Assembly (NCBI RefSeq): GCF_004010195.1
Contig: NC_057719.1
Span: 69,440,401 to 69,504,400 of the forward strand
Origin: Chiloscyllium plagiosum
Lineage: Eukaryota
Length of the DNA stretch: 64,000 nucleotides
Reading direction: 5' to 3'
The position numbers were made by a program, and so were the translations under genes. This document shows positions 13,351-27,804 of the stretch, piece by piece. Below the pieces are notes generated by a model. The model did no database searches. It was not told where the DNA came from and saw nothing but the letters and a program-made list of their open reading frames with translations. Position 1 is the stretch's first letter; each line of letters starts with the position of its first letter.

Positions 13351-14654
13351 CTATATGACCATTTGGAAAAGCATAGCATGATTAAAGGCGGTCAGCGTGG
13401 CTTTGAGAGGGGCAGGTCATGCCTCACATATCTTATTGAGTTCTTTGAGGAGGTGACAAGTTGATGAAGGTAGAGCAGTGGATGTGGTGTTATATGGACT
13501 TGTGCAAGGCATTTGGTAAGGTTCCCCATGGTAGGTTCATTCATAAAGTCAGGAGGTATGGGATACAGAGAGGTTTGGTATCTGGATTCAGAATTGGTTG
13601 GCTGACAGAAGACAGTGGTTGTAGATAGAAAGTATTCTGCCTGGAGGTCAGTGTTGATGGGGTCCCGCAGGGCTCTATTCTCGGGCCTCTGTTCTTTGTA
13701 GTTTTATAAATGACTTGGACGAGCAGGTTGAGGATGGGTTAGTAAATTTGCAGATGACACAAAGGTTGGAGGCGGCGTTGATAGTATTGAGGGCTATTGC
13801 ACGCTGCAGCACGGCAGACAGGATGCAGAGCTGGGCTGAGAAATGGCAGATGGACTTCAACCTGGATAAATGCGAAGTGATGAATTTGGAAGGTCGAACT
13901 CGAATGCTGAATATAGGATTAAAAACAGGATTTTTGGCAGTGTGGAGGAACAGAGGGATCTGGATGTAAAAATACATACATCCCTCAAAGTTGCCACCCA
14001 AGTGGGTAGGGTTGTTAAGAAAGCATATGGTGTTTTGGCTTTCATTACCAGGGGGATAGAGTTTAAGAGCCGCGAGGTTTTGCTATAATAGCTCTCCAAG
14101 TCCCTGGTGAGACCACACTTGGAATACTGTGTCCAGTTCTGATCACCCTATTATAGGGAAGATACAGAGGCTTTGGACAGGGTGCAAAGAAGGTTTACCA
14201 GGATGCTGCCTGGACTGGAGGGCTTGCCTTATGAAAAGAGGTTGATTAAACTTGGACTTTTCTCTCTGGACAGAAGGAGGAAGAGAGGTGACCTGATCAA
14301 GGTATACAAGATAATGAGAGGCATGGATAGAGTCAATACCCAGAGACTTTTCCCCAGGGCAGGATTGACTGGCACGAGGGGTCACAGTTTTAAGATATTA
14401 GGAGAAAGGTATAGAGGGGACATCAGAGGAAGTTTCTTTACACAGAGGGTTATGAATGCATGGGATGTGTTGCCAGCGGTAGTGGTGGAAGCAGAGTCAT
14501 GAGGGACATTTAAGCGGCTGCTGGACATGCACATGGATAGCAGTGAATTGAGGGGTGCATAGGTTAAGTTATTTTATTTTACATTAGGATTAATCCTCGG
14601 CACAACATCGTGGACCGAAGGGCCTATTCTGTGCTGTACTTTTCTATGTTCTAT
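13351..14654 (+). mobile_element. CR1 LINE RT and 3' end
   Basis: KFADDTK-type RT remnants, RVQRRFTRMLPGL, FFTQRV and a (TTCTATG)n tail. Confidence 0.93.
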
Positions 14655-16055
14655 ACTCTAACTCAAATTTAATGGCCAAATAAGAACAGTATCTTCAGGA
14701 GGAAAAAGCACCATTGAAATACTGACTGTTCCAGAAATGCTGACCATCCAACCATCTTTTAAAGCAGAACTGTGTTGGTAGCTGTGGTTTCACACCTTCC
14801 CATTTTTGTTTTGAAATGAACCTTATCTGAGAAAGGAAACTAAGCTTCCAGTTTCTGAGGAAGCCAAAGTGAAATTGGAATCAGAAACTGAAACCTCTAG
14901 GAAGAATGAACTTCATTGAAAGCATAAAAAGTTGCAGGCCAATCCAAGCTCATAAAAACTGTTCAATCGAGCAGTCTACTATAGGTAAACTGAAGGCAGA
15001 GGCTATATCAAGGAGCTGGAAATTGCTGGATCTACACTATTATTCCAAGCAAATGGAGGTAGTTCTACAAATGCGCTCTTTTTGAAGAGGACATCCCTAT
15101 AGATCTCAAGTTACTTGGCAGCTGCAGTTGGCTGTGAATCAGGCTGGCTTCTAGAACAGAGAAGCTAAATTCTTCATGAGAAAAATACTTTTGAAGAATT
15201 TTTGTGACTGAGATTGATGGACTATTAAGTTGTAAGATGTGTCTTTGAATGGCAGATCCAACTTTGTATAATTTATAGTATTCACAGACTAAAATTTGCC
15301 TGTGAATTTCTTTTCAACTAATATAGATGGAGTTTTAGAGAACAGGTGATTATTTAAGATAATATTTAGTTTATTGACTTCTACAGCAAAATACTTTTGA
15401 TATAAACTGAAATCATGTGGCTTCATGTAATCATCCAGGATTTTTTATTTCTTCCTTATTTTCAAAAGAAAGTCACTAGACTCAATTGAGATTATAATAC
15501 CACCTTCCAAAGCCAGACCAAGATCCCCTAGAGGCAGGTGTATTCAGCATTTAAAATGAGTCTTACAATGCAGTAAGTATCCCAAACCCACTTTGTGCAA
15601 TCTAGATGGTCAGGAGCTTTCTGTCTCCCTTTAATTCACCACTTTAGATTGCACCCACAATTACCAACCACAAGCAAAATTCATCGAAGTGGTATGCAGC
15701 TCAAAGTGAAATCCAAACGTTGTTCTGAACACCAAGTATATTATCATTGCTGATAACTTCCCTGTCGAATTGGAGCTCAAACTTTCACACACCCACCATT
15801 ATATTTCTCTAAAGTTCTAAGCCCTGAGGAACACAATGGACAAATTGTCACGTGTTGTGTTGCACAGACGCTATTTCAATCCTCTTTGAACGATCAACAA
15901 TGCCCTGGAAAGGTTCCACAACTATTCTCAAGCCAAACCACACCAGCATTGCTGTTCCTGACCCCCAATTAGCAAATCTATCAAGGAAGGGGAGTGAGGG
16001 ATTTGGAGGCAGTGGGAGTGGTTAGTGGAGGAGGAAAGAGAGGAAATGAGGGGAT

Positions 16056-16073
16056 GGGGGGGGGGGGGGGGGG
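16056..16073 (+). repeat. Poly-G tract (18 nt) within purine-rich sequence
   Basis: Seen directly. Confidence 0.95.
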
Positions 16074-17605
16074 TAAAGGCTGGGTGATGCTGAAGGTATG
16101 TTGTGGATACTTAACTGGAAACGCAAGCTTGACTTCCACAGTTGACCCACATTACCTGGTACCAGCATTTCAAGATATCTGACAGGCATTGAATCCTTCC
16201 TTCCTCACTTAGAAATATTTCTCAACCAGTTAGCCAAGGAACAGCACTAAAGATATACACCATCCTTCTCAATGAGAATAAGTAGATGGACACAAGAGAA
16301 GAATTGTAGCAAAAATCCCTTACAAAGCAAGGCTATTTACTAAGCTGTGTATGATAAATGAACAAACTTCAATTCCTCAATAAATAATACAAGCAGTGGT
16401 TAGATGCATTATCTTTAATATGATTAAACACATACTATGTACAGTCAGAGATCAATATCACAATTCTTTACATGTAGCTCCCTGGTGCAAACATTTTTTG
16501 CATTCTACTCACGCTAGCAGCATTGTCAATCTCCAGTAAACCTTTTTCCTTTCTTTGAAAAGGATGTGCTCCATACTGCTCAGTTAATGCATGTCTTCAC
16601 AGAAATCTGACAAGATGAGATATGACACATGCACAGCATTTCATATACTTAAAATCAAAATTAACTTCAGCTTTTTTAAAAGTATTAATATTTCATACTA
16701 CTTGGTGAGTTTGAAGGTCCACCAGATGGCATCCTATTTTACTACAAGTTGTCTTGAATATTGTTTAACAGGCATAATTCTCTACTTTAAATTCAGTGAA
16801 GGTCCTCATGACCTTCAGAAAAGTCAGTTAAAATTGCAACTCACTGTTTCCCACAGCAAGCCTTGGAGGTCGAAGTTGGTAAGAAGCTTGTTTAAAATTT
16901 AATAAAGACAATACTTTGACTTCATTGAAATAAAATCCTGAGGTTGATAAACAGCAAAAACCAATCTTGGTTATACCTTTCTCCAGAATGTGAAACAGAA
17001 CTTTCCATGGCTATAAGATTATGAGGAACAGGAGTAGCCATTCGGCCCCTCAAGCCTGCAATACCATTCAACAGGAGCATGGCTGATCCAACATTCCTCA
17101 CGTCTATTTGCCTGCTTTTTCCAGGAACGCTCAACTCCCCTACTGATCAAGAATCTACCTTCAAATCATTGATGATTTTTCAGTTGGCACTTTGGCCATC
17201 TACTGCAAAATCTCACCGTTGTGACAAATTGGACTGTCAGACCAGCATGGCTGATGCGGTTATCTGCAATGACGAAACAGATAAGATACTTGTTGACTAT
17301 GAAGCCAGAGTACATAATAAAGCGGCCAATAAGGATTTTCTCATTTGTGCATTCCTTCAAGCCGAACTCTGGAATTGATATAATATTTAGAAAGAGGCTC
17401 AATCCAAGCCTTTCAAAATGGCAAACTCAGATTATGCAGTCACTCTCCCTTCCAATGTCTAAGAGAAGTTTGTTTATTTCCTTGTTTTTCTGTCCAAAAT
17501 CAAAGTCTGATGGCTTTGCAAGCAATAGGCTTTAAAACAGATAGTGAAACAGGGGATGTCCAATTCACAAACGCAGTAGGATATACCAAATGCTACCCAA
17601 AGTCT

Positions 17606-17790
17606 ACAAGTAACACAGAAGTGCAGCTGCTGGAAATCTGAAACCAAAATAGAGTTCTGGAGAAACACAGTAGATTTGACAGCATCAGAAAGAAAAATCA
17701 GAATTACTCTAATGAAGGGTCACCTGACTCGAAACATTTACTGTTTTTCTCTTATTAGATATAGCCAAACCTGCTGTGTTCCTCTAACAT
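17606..17790. mobile_element. Old fold-back PLE-derived element with a hammerhead remnant
   Basis: Begins TGCAGCTGCTGGAAATCTG. The centre reads CTAATGAAGGGTCACCTGACTCGAAACATT, and the flanking arms are loosely complementary. Confidence 0.65.
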
Positions 17791-19341
17791 CCCGCCTTTA
17801 ATACCTAAAGCCACTTTGAAGTAATCCGGAATAATTGTCAAGCCATATTACGGTGTCATTAGGCTGAAATGGTTATTAAAATAGGAGCAGTTATTTCTCA
17901 AAATCTATAGCATAGCACAGACAAAATGATCCCAAATAATAATAAACCCCAACAGTAGAAGGGTCCATTTACATAGAGATTAGAAAAACCAATGGAATGA
18001 ATCAGCTGTCCATTAGGGAGAGGCAGATATACGTTCAGTATTGTGAAGTATTGAAGAAGTTCTCCTTTGCAACCCAGAACGCCAAAATGGCATGGATGAA
18101 AAATAATTTTTATTTTAAAATTTAGTCTTGTCATACAGATGTCACTAACCAAGACCAACACAGTGGCCATTCCTATATCTCTGGCAAGGTGAGTCTCCTC
18201 CTTAAATCTCTGTAGCTCTTACAGTGAAAACGTTGCCAGGATTGTAACTTGATGGCACAAGAGCAGTGACATATGCCAACGCCAGATGACAACAATTGCG
18301 GTTTTCCATGTCTTCTATACGCAGCTCTCGTAATAGCAGAGTTCAGGACTTGGGAGCTGAGAAAGAGTGAATTGCAGTGGGTGAATTTGATGTCTAACCA
18401 ATCTCAATAAAAAGGAAGAGCAAATTTCTTTTAACAAAAAGACTTTTTAAAAAAAAAATCTAAAAATCTAAATCGGAACAGTGCAGTGCAAACAGAAGCT
18501 TCTATTTGTGTAATCTGACCTTGCCCGAAGCCTCTGAAGCATTTGAATATGAATGATGAGATCAATTAGCCTTCAGCTATTCTGAAGAAAATTCTGGCCA
18601 CATTATCTTTCAAAAGTCATGTGTTGTTATGTATTGTTGTCAGCCAATTAGGCTGTGCAAATTCAATACCATGTTTTATTGCATTCCCAATATCTTAAGA
18701 CCAGGCTTCACAGGCATTACTTTTAACAGCAAATTAGTTATTAAACTACCTGAGAAGTACAGAAGTATAGTAGGAGAGTCCTTATTTGCTTAATGCCTGC
18801 CTGCAAAACTGAAGTCTAGATCAACTTCACCCAGCAAAAACTGAAATTACTATTTCTATTACGATTAAAAATATAAGGGAAAATCAACATACTTTATCTT
18901 GTAATGTGTGACTGATTTAAGTAACCTTTACATTGTTCGAAAGTGCGTGCTCTGTGGCACAATCTCTGGCGCACCAGGTTGGACAGCATAAATAGGTGAA
19001 ACACAAATATGAAGCAGTTCCATCTCAAGCAGCAATCAAAACTTTTCCAGGGCAGGTAACATTTACTTGATGAGTATTTTGGAGGCAGTATTTAAGAATT
19101 TCTAATTCTGCTCTGTACTGGAACTTTGCTTTTTTCTTTTCTTTGGATAAGTTGTAAGAAGAACGACATGCATTAGAAAATTAATTCAAGATGAGGTAGA
19201 GAATTCACTAATCTGAGTTAGCCTGTTGTGTTATGTACAAATAAATATGGGAAAAAAGGGGAGATAGTTGACAAAAGAAAAACAAATGACAAATCAAGGG
19301 AAACCCAGAAAAAAAAATAGACAGCAAAGAGGAACAGCTGT

Positions 19342-20442
19342 TTGGGTTGGTGATGTCATTTCTTCTGGTGACGTGTTTATTTGTTGATAGAGTTCCCATT
19401 GGAATGCCATGCTTCTGGGAAGTCTCATGCTTGTCTCTGTTTGGCTTATCCAAGGATGGATGTGTTGTCCCAGTTGAAGTGGTGTCCTTCCTCACCTGTA
19501 TATAAGGATACTAGTCAGAGAGTGGGTCATGTCTTTTTGTGGCTAGTTGATGTTCATGTATCCTGGTGGCTAGTTTTCTGCTGTTTGTCCAATGTAGTGT
19601 TTTCTTTAAACAGTTCTTGCAAGGTTTTTCGTAAATGACATTAGTTTTGCTTGTTGTCTGTATAGGGTTTTTCAAGTTCATTAGCTGCTGCTTTCATTGT
19701 GTACTTCCCATTCATTGGGTACCTATTCTTTTTGAATGTACTATATAGGTGATGTTCCTCTGCTCTTCATATCCAATAAACACAGTCTGTCGATTTCTCA
19801 GCAACAAACCTAAATAAACAGACAAAACACGTCCAGAAACCATAGCCACTCTCCCCTACATCAAAGACATCTCGGAAATGGCTGCCAGACTACTCAGGCC
19901 CCTTGGCATCATGGTAGCCCACAAATCCACCAACACAGCAGCTAATGAACTTGAAAGACCCAATACAGATGACAGGCAAAACTAATGTCATTTATAAAAT
20001 ACCTTGTAAGAACTGTAAGAAACACGACATTGGACAAACAGACAGAAAATTAGCCACTAGGATATGTGAACATCAACTAATCACTCTCACTAGTATCCTT
20101 TCAGACACCACTTGGAATGGGACAATACAGCCATCCTCGGACAAGCCAAACAGAGACATGCACGAGAATTCCTAGAAGCATGACATTCCAGCCAGAACTC
20201 TATCAACAAATATATTGACTTCAATCCCATTTACCACCCCCTGAGAAAAGGAACAGGAACTGACACCATCATAGGAAATGTCACCACAGGAAAAGACATC
20301 ACTAACCCAAGGAAACCCAAACACAAAGCAGGCTACACCACCAGTGCTTCATCCAGAGGCTCACTGAATATTTTACCTCGTAGGGTGATGAAACATCTGA
20401 AAACAAACCTTCCAGCTCAGCGAGCAAACCTACACCCAGAAG
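19342..20442. mobile_element. Penelope-like element 3' region (GIY-YIG endonuclease) as an inverted, head-to-head pair
   Basis: The plus strand (~19770-20442) encodes ATLPYIKDISEMAARLL...NVIYKIPCKNCKKHDIGQTDRKLATRICEH. Bases ~19342-19690 are a reverse-complement copy of the same region. A hammerhead-like motif lies at 20361-20400. Confidence 0.88.
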
Positions 20443-21239
20443 TATGAAACTACTTTGAAATGTACAGTTAAGAAACTGATTAATAAAAGTACATTTGCTC
20501 GTTGTGATGACATTTGACGGCATGTTGTCAAATCTGGTACATGCAGTTATAAATGGATGTAACTAATGAACTTGTAGACAAGTTAATGACATTGTTATGC
20601 TTAAAACAAGCATGCATCTCAACAAAAGTAACGGTATTTTCCCAGATGACCATTCCAAGTACCTTGTAGTATTTGCCACCTCTACCAGTGTATAGTAGTG
20701 GGTAGGGTTGTTTTGAGGTTGCTTGCTGTTACCACTTCTTTGTCGTGGGCCTAGACGATTAGTGGTACAGGATACATCACCATAGACTAATAACCACACC
20801 CCTTCCATAAGTAACAGACAAAGCTTTGATTGCATGATAGCAATTAGTACAACCACATTAGGTCAGGAGTAAATGCCAGGACCTAAGGGAGTTGGAGAAC
20901 TCTCACCTCCATGCAGAGACAGAGAGAGATATCAGCAGAAGAGGTACAGCCAGTGTAAGAGGAACATTAACCTCTTCAGAACCATGACCTTATTTTAACA
21001 AAAGCAACTCTAAAATGCATTACAGTGATGAAAAGAGTGAAGATTTGGTGCCACTGCTGGAAAATAATGAACTGCACATACCATGAACCTACAGGTATCT
21101 AAAATCAATTAGGCCATTTGCCCTCACCCTGGGTTTTTTTTTTAATTTGAACTTAATGACTAAAATAAACAAATTCTCTAAAACTTGAGGTGACTATGCT
21201 CATTAAAACAGTTTGCAGTTTCAGAGATATATTTTAGAC

Positions 21240-22385
21240 AATATAGACAAAGCCATACAGCATGGAAACGGACCCTGCAGTCCAACTAGTCCATGCTGAC
21301 CATAATCCCAAATTAAACTAGTCCAACCTGCTTGTGCTTGGCCCATATCTCTCTTCAGTTATTATTCCTGCACTTATCCAGATGTCTTTTAATTGCAGTA
21401 ACTATACCTACATCTATGTTTACATCTGGAAATTCATTCCACACATAAATCACTGCCCCTCATACCTTTAAGATCTTTTTCTCGCCTTAAAATTTTGCCC
21501 CCTGGTCTCGAAATTCCGTCTTGAAATTCCTAAGATCATAAGGAAAGAAAAATATGTAGGCTGTTCAAGCCCCTTGAGCCTGCTCTGCCATTCAATAGGA
21601 TCTTGGCCAGACATTCTTCATGCCCACTTTCCTGCAATCCTTTATAACCCTACTGATCAAGAATCTATCTCAGCTTTAAATATAAAAAAGGACACTGGCC
21701 ACACAGCTGTGGTAGAAAGTTGCAAAGTAAACCCTCAGACAAAATTCTTCCTCATTTCAATCTTAAACTGGTACTCAAGTTCTGATAGCATGCCCTCTGG
21801 TCCTAGATTGAAGGAGAAGATCCGCTCAGCATTTATTTAGCCAAGCTCCTATATGTTTCAATCTCCCATTTTTCTAAACTCCAGTGAGTGGTCCCAACCA
21901 GTTTAGCTTTTGCTCATGACAATTCCCTCGTACGAGGATCATCCTAGTGAAGCTTCTCTGGACAGCCGCCATAAAAAATGCACAGGGATTGAAACTACTC
22001 AGTACTCCAGATGTGGTCTCACCAACATCTTGTAAAGTTGCACTAAGACTGCCCTACTCTTGTATGCCAAACCTTTTGAAAAAGGGACCAGCATTCTGTT
22101 AGCCTTCCAGATTACCTGTTGCATCTGTATGCTAGCATTGTGTTTTCATACATAAAGTACCCCAAGTCCTTGGTATGGCACCCTTCCAAAATGAACTTTA
22201 CATTTTCTCATTAATGCTCCATTTGCCAATCTTTTGCCCACTTACTTAACCTACCAATCTCTTTCTGCAACTGTTTGCATTTCTCTCAACTTGCCTTTCC
22301 ACCTACTTTCATGTTGCCTGCAAATCTGGCTACAGTACATTTGCTTCCACCTCCAAGTCATTAAATATGTATTGTGAAAAGTTGC
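21240..22385 (-). mobile_element. Two adjacent CR1 3' fragments (~21240-21520 and ~21535-22385)
   Basis: Two CR1 tail motifs followed by decayed C-terminal and RT sequence (rc of ...CTGCAAAT, CAGTACTCCAGATGTGGTCT). Confidence 0.78.
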
Positions 22386-25300
22386 AAACATTTTATAACA
22401 TATGGCTCACATCGTACTAAAATTCTAACCAATATATTAACTTATTTTCTGGACCAGTTACTACTGCTGATGGTGCATAAGGAGCTGCATGAGGTTCTTC
22501 TTTAAATCTTAAAGTATTCTGCCTTTGACAACAATGACCTTCTGCACCCATAAAAGCAGTCCATAGAGCTGAATAGAACAGTTGTTAAGATTAATCCAGT
22601 ATGAGTGATATTTTAAAAAAGTGAAACAGTCTCCACAAGTCAATGAATTGATAGATCTTATTTTACAACAAACAATATTTTTCCTCTCCAGATCAGCAGT
22701 AGTCAATGAATGTCGGAGGTCCAAAGTACCAGAGTTTTTAAATCTCGTAAATGTTCTTCTAATTTTGGAGCATTGTCATTTAAACTGAAGTTTATTTTCA
22801 GTGCCTAAGGCATAAACCAATTTTACAAAGCACAAAGAGCCACTTTCTTTACAAACTCCATTTGGAAGTCTTCAAAGGCACTTTTACTAACCAATTATAA
22901 TGGTATGGAGTACTGGCATTCTCACTTACAGATAACAATGGCCCTACTCTGCCCAATCTATTGGCACAAGCTGTGATAAAAGAATGGAGCCTTTGTAACT
23001 AAAGCCCCAACAACTAGTGCTCTTTCCAAAACATTCACAAATCACTCACTATTATAAGAGATGCAACAAACCACTTTCAACAACAGGTTTCTCTATCTCT
23101 CGTGTCTTATCAAGACCTGCTCACCCAAATAAAATTGGCTTCTCTTTCACCTCCCAGCAGCTTCTTGATCTGGTGGTATGCTCGAACCTCTCCATTCTCA
23201 AAGGTCTTCCCCTGCAAAGGTCTTTCCCTTCCCAATTCTTACCCAAAAACACTTCGATATAAACTTATAATAATTGCACATTAATGAACATTCAAAGCTA
23301 ATATCAAATAAAGTGCAAAATAAATCTGTTCCTCACTATATTTACAAATAATATTTACAAGAGTCATCACATGTCAAACAAACAGCCCAACGAGTCTTAA
23401 CCACTTTCTAGCCTCAATGCATATGCTTGAAATGCTTTAAATAGTGGCTGTTCCTTATTGAGACAGGATTCATAACATCCTGTTCCTGCAAGGCCTTGCA
23501 AATGTTACATCTGAATCACTACCTGTCAGAATTAGGGTCAATAAAACTATATAAATTTTCTCCATGCAGACAGGTGGCATGCTGTGGTCCAGCTGCTTGG
23601 AGTGCTCAATGATAATGTGGTCAGATTAATTCTTTGTAACACCTGGGATAGATAGACCCTGAAAATGCAAGTGTGCTGAGGTTCTATGCAAAGTTTAATG
23701 CAGCCGCATGAGGCAAAGTAAACCCTTCTCTACAGATATTTATCTAGACACATGGTCCATCTCCACCCATTAGGCAGCTCAATCAGCTGAGGGCCACAGC
23801 TCAGATCTCCCTCGTACCCACCCTGGCACCTCTTAAAAAGGTTCATGAGTCCCCGTACATTCCTTCAAAAGGGTTTTTTTTCATTTCACTTTCCTTGAGA
23901 TGCCATCTTGTTAAACTAAATTATCACATCCCTCACTACAGTGTACTAAATATTTGGCTTCTTCTTTTGGCATGGGATTACAATTACTGACTTGTTCATA
24001 CTGGCTCCAATGGAGGTGGGCGCATGCAGACGAGGTAGCCATTTATTCCATCTAATTTACCTGACTGCAACTTGGGGCTGAAGGGGTCTCTCATTTTTGA
24101 AACCCACTTCACATAGTCAGCTGTGAAACTCAGGGTACTTTTTGTTGGAATCTTGAACTGATGTCACTTTTAGCAAAGTTAAAACTATACACTGAACAAA
24201 ACGTACAGCCCCTCCTTGACTGTCAAAAGCCTGCCCAATGGCTGAGGTCAATGACCTTTCATGAACCCCGACCATTAACTGCATCTCTTCATAGGTTTAC
24301 AAAAAAAAAAATCAGCAGACCAAGCTACACCTTTTTCTCTTTAATTTTAGATTTCTATTCTCCAGAGCATCTGACTTTTGCTTGTTTCACTCCTTTGCTG
24401 GTTCTACCGAAGAGGTTAATTATTTATACCAAGTTGGCTGGGGATTTAGATTGAACTACCTGACACTGCACAGAAACCATCCAATTTATTTGTCATAGCC
24501 CAGGGAAAAGAATAAAACTGCACATATATTGAAAAGTAACCTTGTTCTACACCGAATCAGCCTTCAAATATTGCAGTGGCGGGATATGGATTGCAGTGTT
24601 CCCCATGGTTTTGTAATATTTCAGTGTTCAAAAACATTTCCTCTCTGAACAACTGATTGCTTAAGAGATTATCAGTCATAAGTAGAGGCAGCTAAAAGAA
24701 CAGGGATCAGGAAGGAAGGGAGATCGATCATACAACTAGCGGGCATGGAATTCTAATAGAGATTAAAATCTGAATGGGTTGGGGAGGAGGGCAGAAACCA
24801 AGAAACATGATGAAGAAAACACAATTATCAACATTTAATAGACAAAAAAAGGTGTTGAACCAGGAGCCCATAAATATTTGGGCATTGTGTGACTACAGCC
24901 TGGTTCCAACAGCAAATTCAAGTTATTTAAATGGTTAGTAAAGGCACCCGAGCTTTATATCTACTGTCTGACATTCAGTGGCCAGTCATGCATTGTATTT
25001 CTAGGAATTAATGTTGATACAAGTTAACATATAATTACATGAGTAAGAGGCCTGTCATAGAAAAAAAGTGAACTACAGAAGTTCGGGTCTTGTACACTGT
25101 GAAAAGCACTTAACTCAGTTAAGAAAAACAGTATCCAAACAGTTGGTGCAGTATTCATAGATTTTTCTGGTAGTAATTGAGATAATTTGATAGATAATTA
25201 GGCAGTACCTTAAAAGGAATCTCGAGGAAATCCATAAATTAGAAACAAACCTGTTTTGTTTATTGATACATAAACAAATATATAATTATCACTGCTACCA

Positions 25301-26049
25301 TAGTGCTGCAGAACACTATTACAAATATTATAGAAAGCTGTAACAGAATTTAATCTGAATAATAATGATGTGTGCATGGTATAGAAGAGAAAGTGATTTA
25401 AAGAAATTGGGGACATACACAACTAACAAGGAGGAATCAATACATATAGAACTCTTCTCACCCCACCCTCCATTAGACAATATGTTTCTGGTATAATGGT
25501 TTCAGCCTTCGGTTTGAGATGGAAATCAGTGCTCTATTCTTTCATTCTTTGCGATTCTGCTTGATGTTTCAGATATTATATCTAAACATAATGTTAAGCT
25601 TCTAACCATCTCTACTTTCCTTACCATATCTTGGTTTGTGGATGAAATGAAACTCCAACAGCAGTGAATAATTTCAGTTTTGACTTAAATTTAGTTATTT
25701 TTATTGCTACTGTCCATATGTAAATAGATAGGGTTATTACATTGCCTGTCTTAAGCTTTGGCTGAATTGGGCCCAAGTTAATCTGGAATTGAACTCAATA
25801 CTTCCACCCCCCAGACTTAAATTGACCCATTAGAGACTTCACTTTAGTAACTTACAGCATTTGAGCACTGCTGAAAAAAAAAGCTGCCAAGGCTTTTCAT
25901 TTTGCACCCATTAAGACAATTCATAAGAAATACCCAAGAAAAGAAATATTTATACTGTTCCAGAGGAGAGGGTTGATAGATAAGTGGACTCCTGTAATCA
26001 AGGACATTGTCAAAGAGAATGTACCAGTTAGATATGAACATGTAAACAG

Positions 26050-27125
26050 ATGAAGAGCAGGCCACTGTATCCCCCCAAACCTGCTCTGCCATTCAATAAC
26101 ATCATGGTTGACCTGATATTAACCTCAACTCTACATTCTTCTATATCCCAGATAATCTTTCACCCTATTGGTAATCAAAAATTTGTCACTGCTTTAAAAA
26201 TATTTAAAGATTCCACATCCACTGCTTTTTGAGGAACAGAATTCCAAAGACACTCAACCCTGTAAGGAAAAAAATGTTTCTTCATCTGTTATAAGTAGTC
26301 TGAAAATAAGAGCATCTCTATGACCCCTAAGTCTATATACTCCCCCAAGAGGAAACATTATTTCAACATCCACCTAAAGCCCCTCAGGATCTTGGTGTTT
26401 CAATCAAGTCACCTCTGACTCTTAAACTCCAGAGGGTATAGACCCAGCCTGTTCTCTTAAGGCAATCAGCTCATTCAACAGTAAAGCTTCTCTGAAGTGC
26501 TTCCAACATATTAAGATCCTCCTGTAAGTAGTGACTAGTACTGTACACAGTATTCCAAATGCTGTCTCACCAATGCCCTTCATAACTGAAGCATACAGTC
26601 ACTAACTCTTATATTCAATTCCCCTCGCAATAAATAGTTAACATTGTTAGCTTTCCTGATTACTTGATGTACCTGCATATTAATCTTGTGGCTCATGCAC
26701 GAGGGATACCCAGATCTCTCTTCTCACACCACCCTCCATTAAATGTTTGTCTATTCTTTCTGCCAAAAATGGACAATTTCACACTTTCCCACACTGCACA
26801 CCATTTGCCAGATCTCTGCCCACTCAGCGTAGCTACATCACTTTGTAGACTCCTTATGCCCTTTTCACAATGCACTGACAAATCTTTGTGCCATCAGCAA
26901 ATTTAGCTACCATATCTTCAATGCCTTCATCCAAACCATTTATCAAAATTGTAGAAGTTGAGGCCCCAGCATCAATCCATGGCACACCACTCATGGAATC
27001 CTGAAGGCGGCCCACTTTCCCGTCAGCAAACAAATCTTCCATCCATGCTAATATGTTACACTCTAGACCATAAGCTTTTATTTTCTGCAATAGCCTTCCA
27101 TGTGACTCCTTATCAAATGCCAAAG
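26050..27125 (-). mobile_element. Old CR1 LINE RT and 3' end
   Basis: ORF remnant AFDKESHGRLLQKIKAYG...INGLDEGIEDMVAKFADGTK. Confidence 0.87.
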
Positions 27126-27329
27126 ATGACAACTGACAGATAACCGCTAAACACTATTTAAAATTTCAAAACAAGCAGGGTAGGATGGCAGGTTCTATGT
27201 TCACCCCAGCGAGAACGGAAAACAAATCCAGGCCTGTTGACATCAATCTTATCTATACATGTCATAATGAAACGTGAAACAATACTCAAAATTCGGTAAA
27301 ACTACATCAACGCACCTTATTTAGCCATC

Positions 27330-27407
27330 AGGTCCTGGAATGGGGACTTGAACCTGGAACGTCTGGCTCAGAGGTAAGGTGACTACCCACTGTGCCATAA
27401 GAGCTCC
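27330..27407 (-). mobile_element. tRNA-derived SINE head
   Basis: The reverse complement has an A box (TGGCACAGTGG) and a B box (GGTTCAAGTCC). A similar head lies at ~60505-60577. Neither forms a full cloverleaf. Confidence 0.6.
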
Positions 27408-27804
27408 AATGAGGAGCTCTGGCAGACGGTCCACAAAGTTTAACTATACACACTAATTAAGTAACTATCAGCAAATTTATTTCATGCTTTTCATCTAATC
27501 AAAACCCATTATTATTTCGAGGTTGGGGAGAAGCGAACAAAAACAAAATTGCATTGCAGAAAAATAAGCTAGTCTTGTCACCAAGCTGACCCATCAGAGA
27601 ATAAAAACTAAGTGAGTCACCAGAATTTTATAATTACACAATTTATTTCCAGGGGAACGTTTGCATGGAGAAACAACTTATGTCACCTTTGTATAGTAGT
27701 AACTGGAGAGGAGCCTTTGGAAATATAAACGGCGTAATGAGGTAAATCTAGAGATGGTGCAAAAGTTCAGGCTGCTTCACAGTCAGAAGGAAAGTAGACA
27801 AAAA

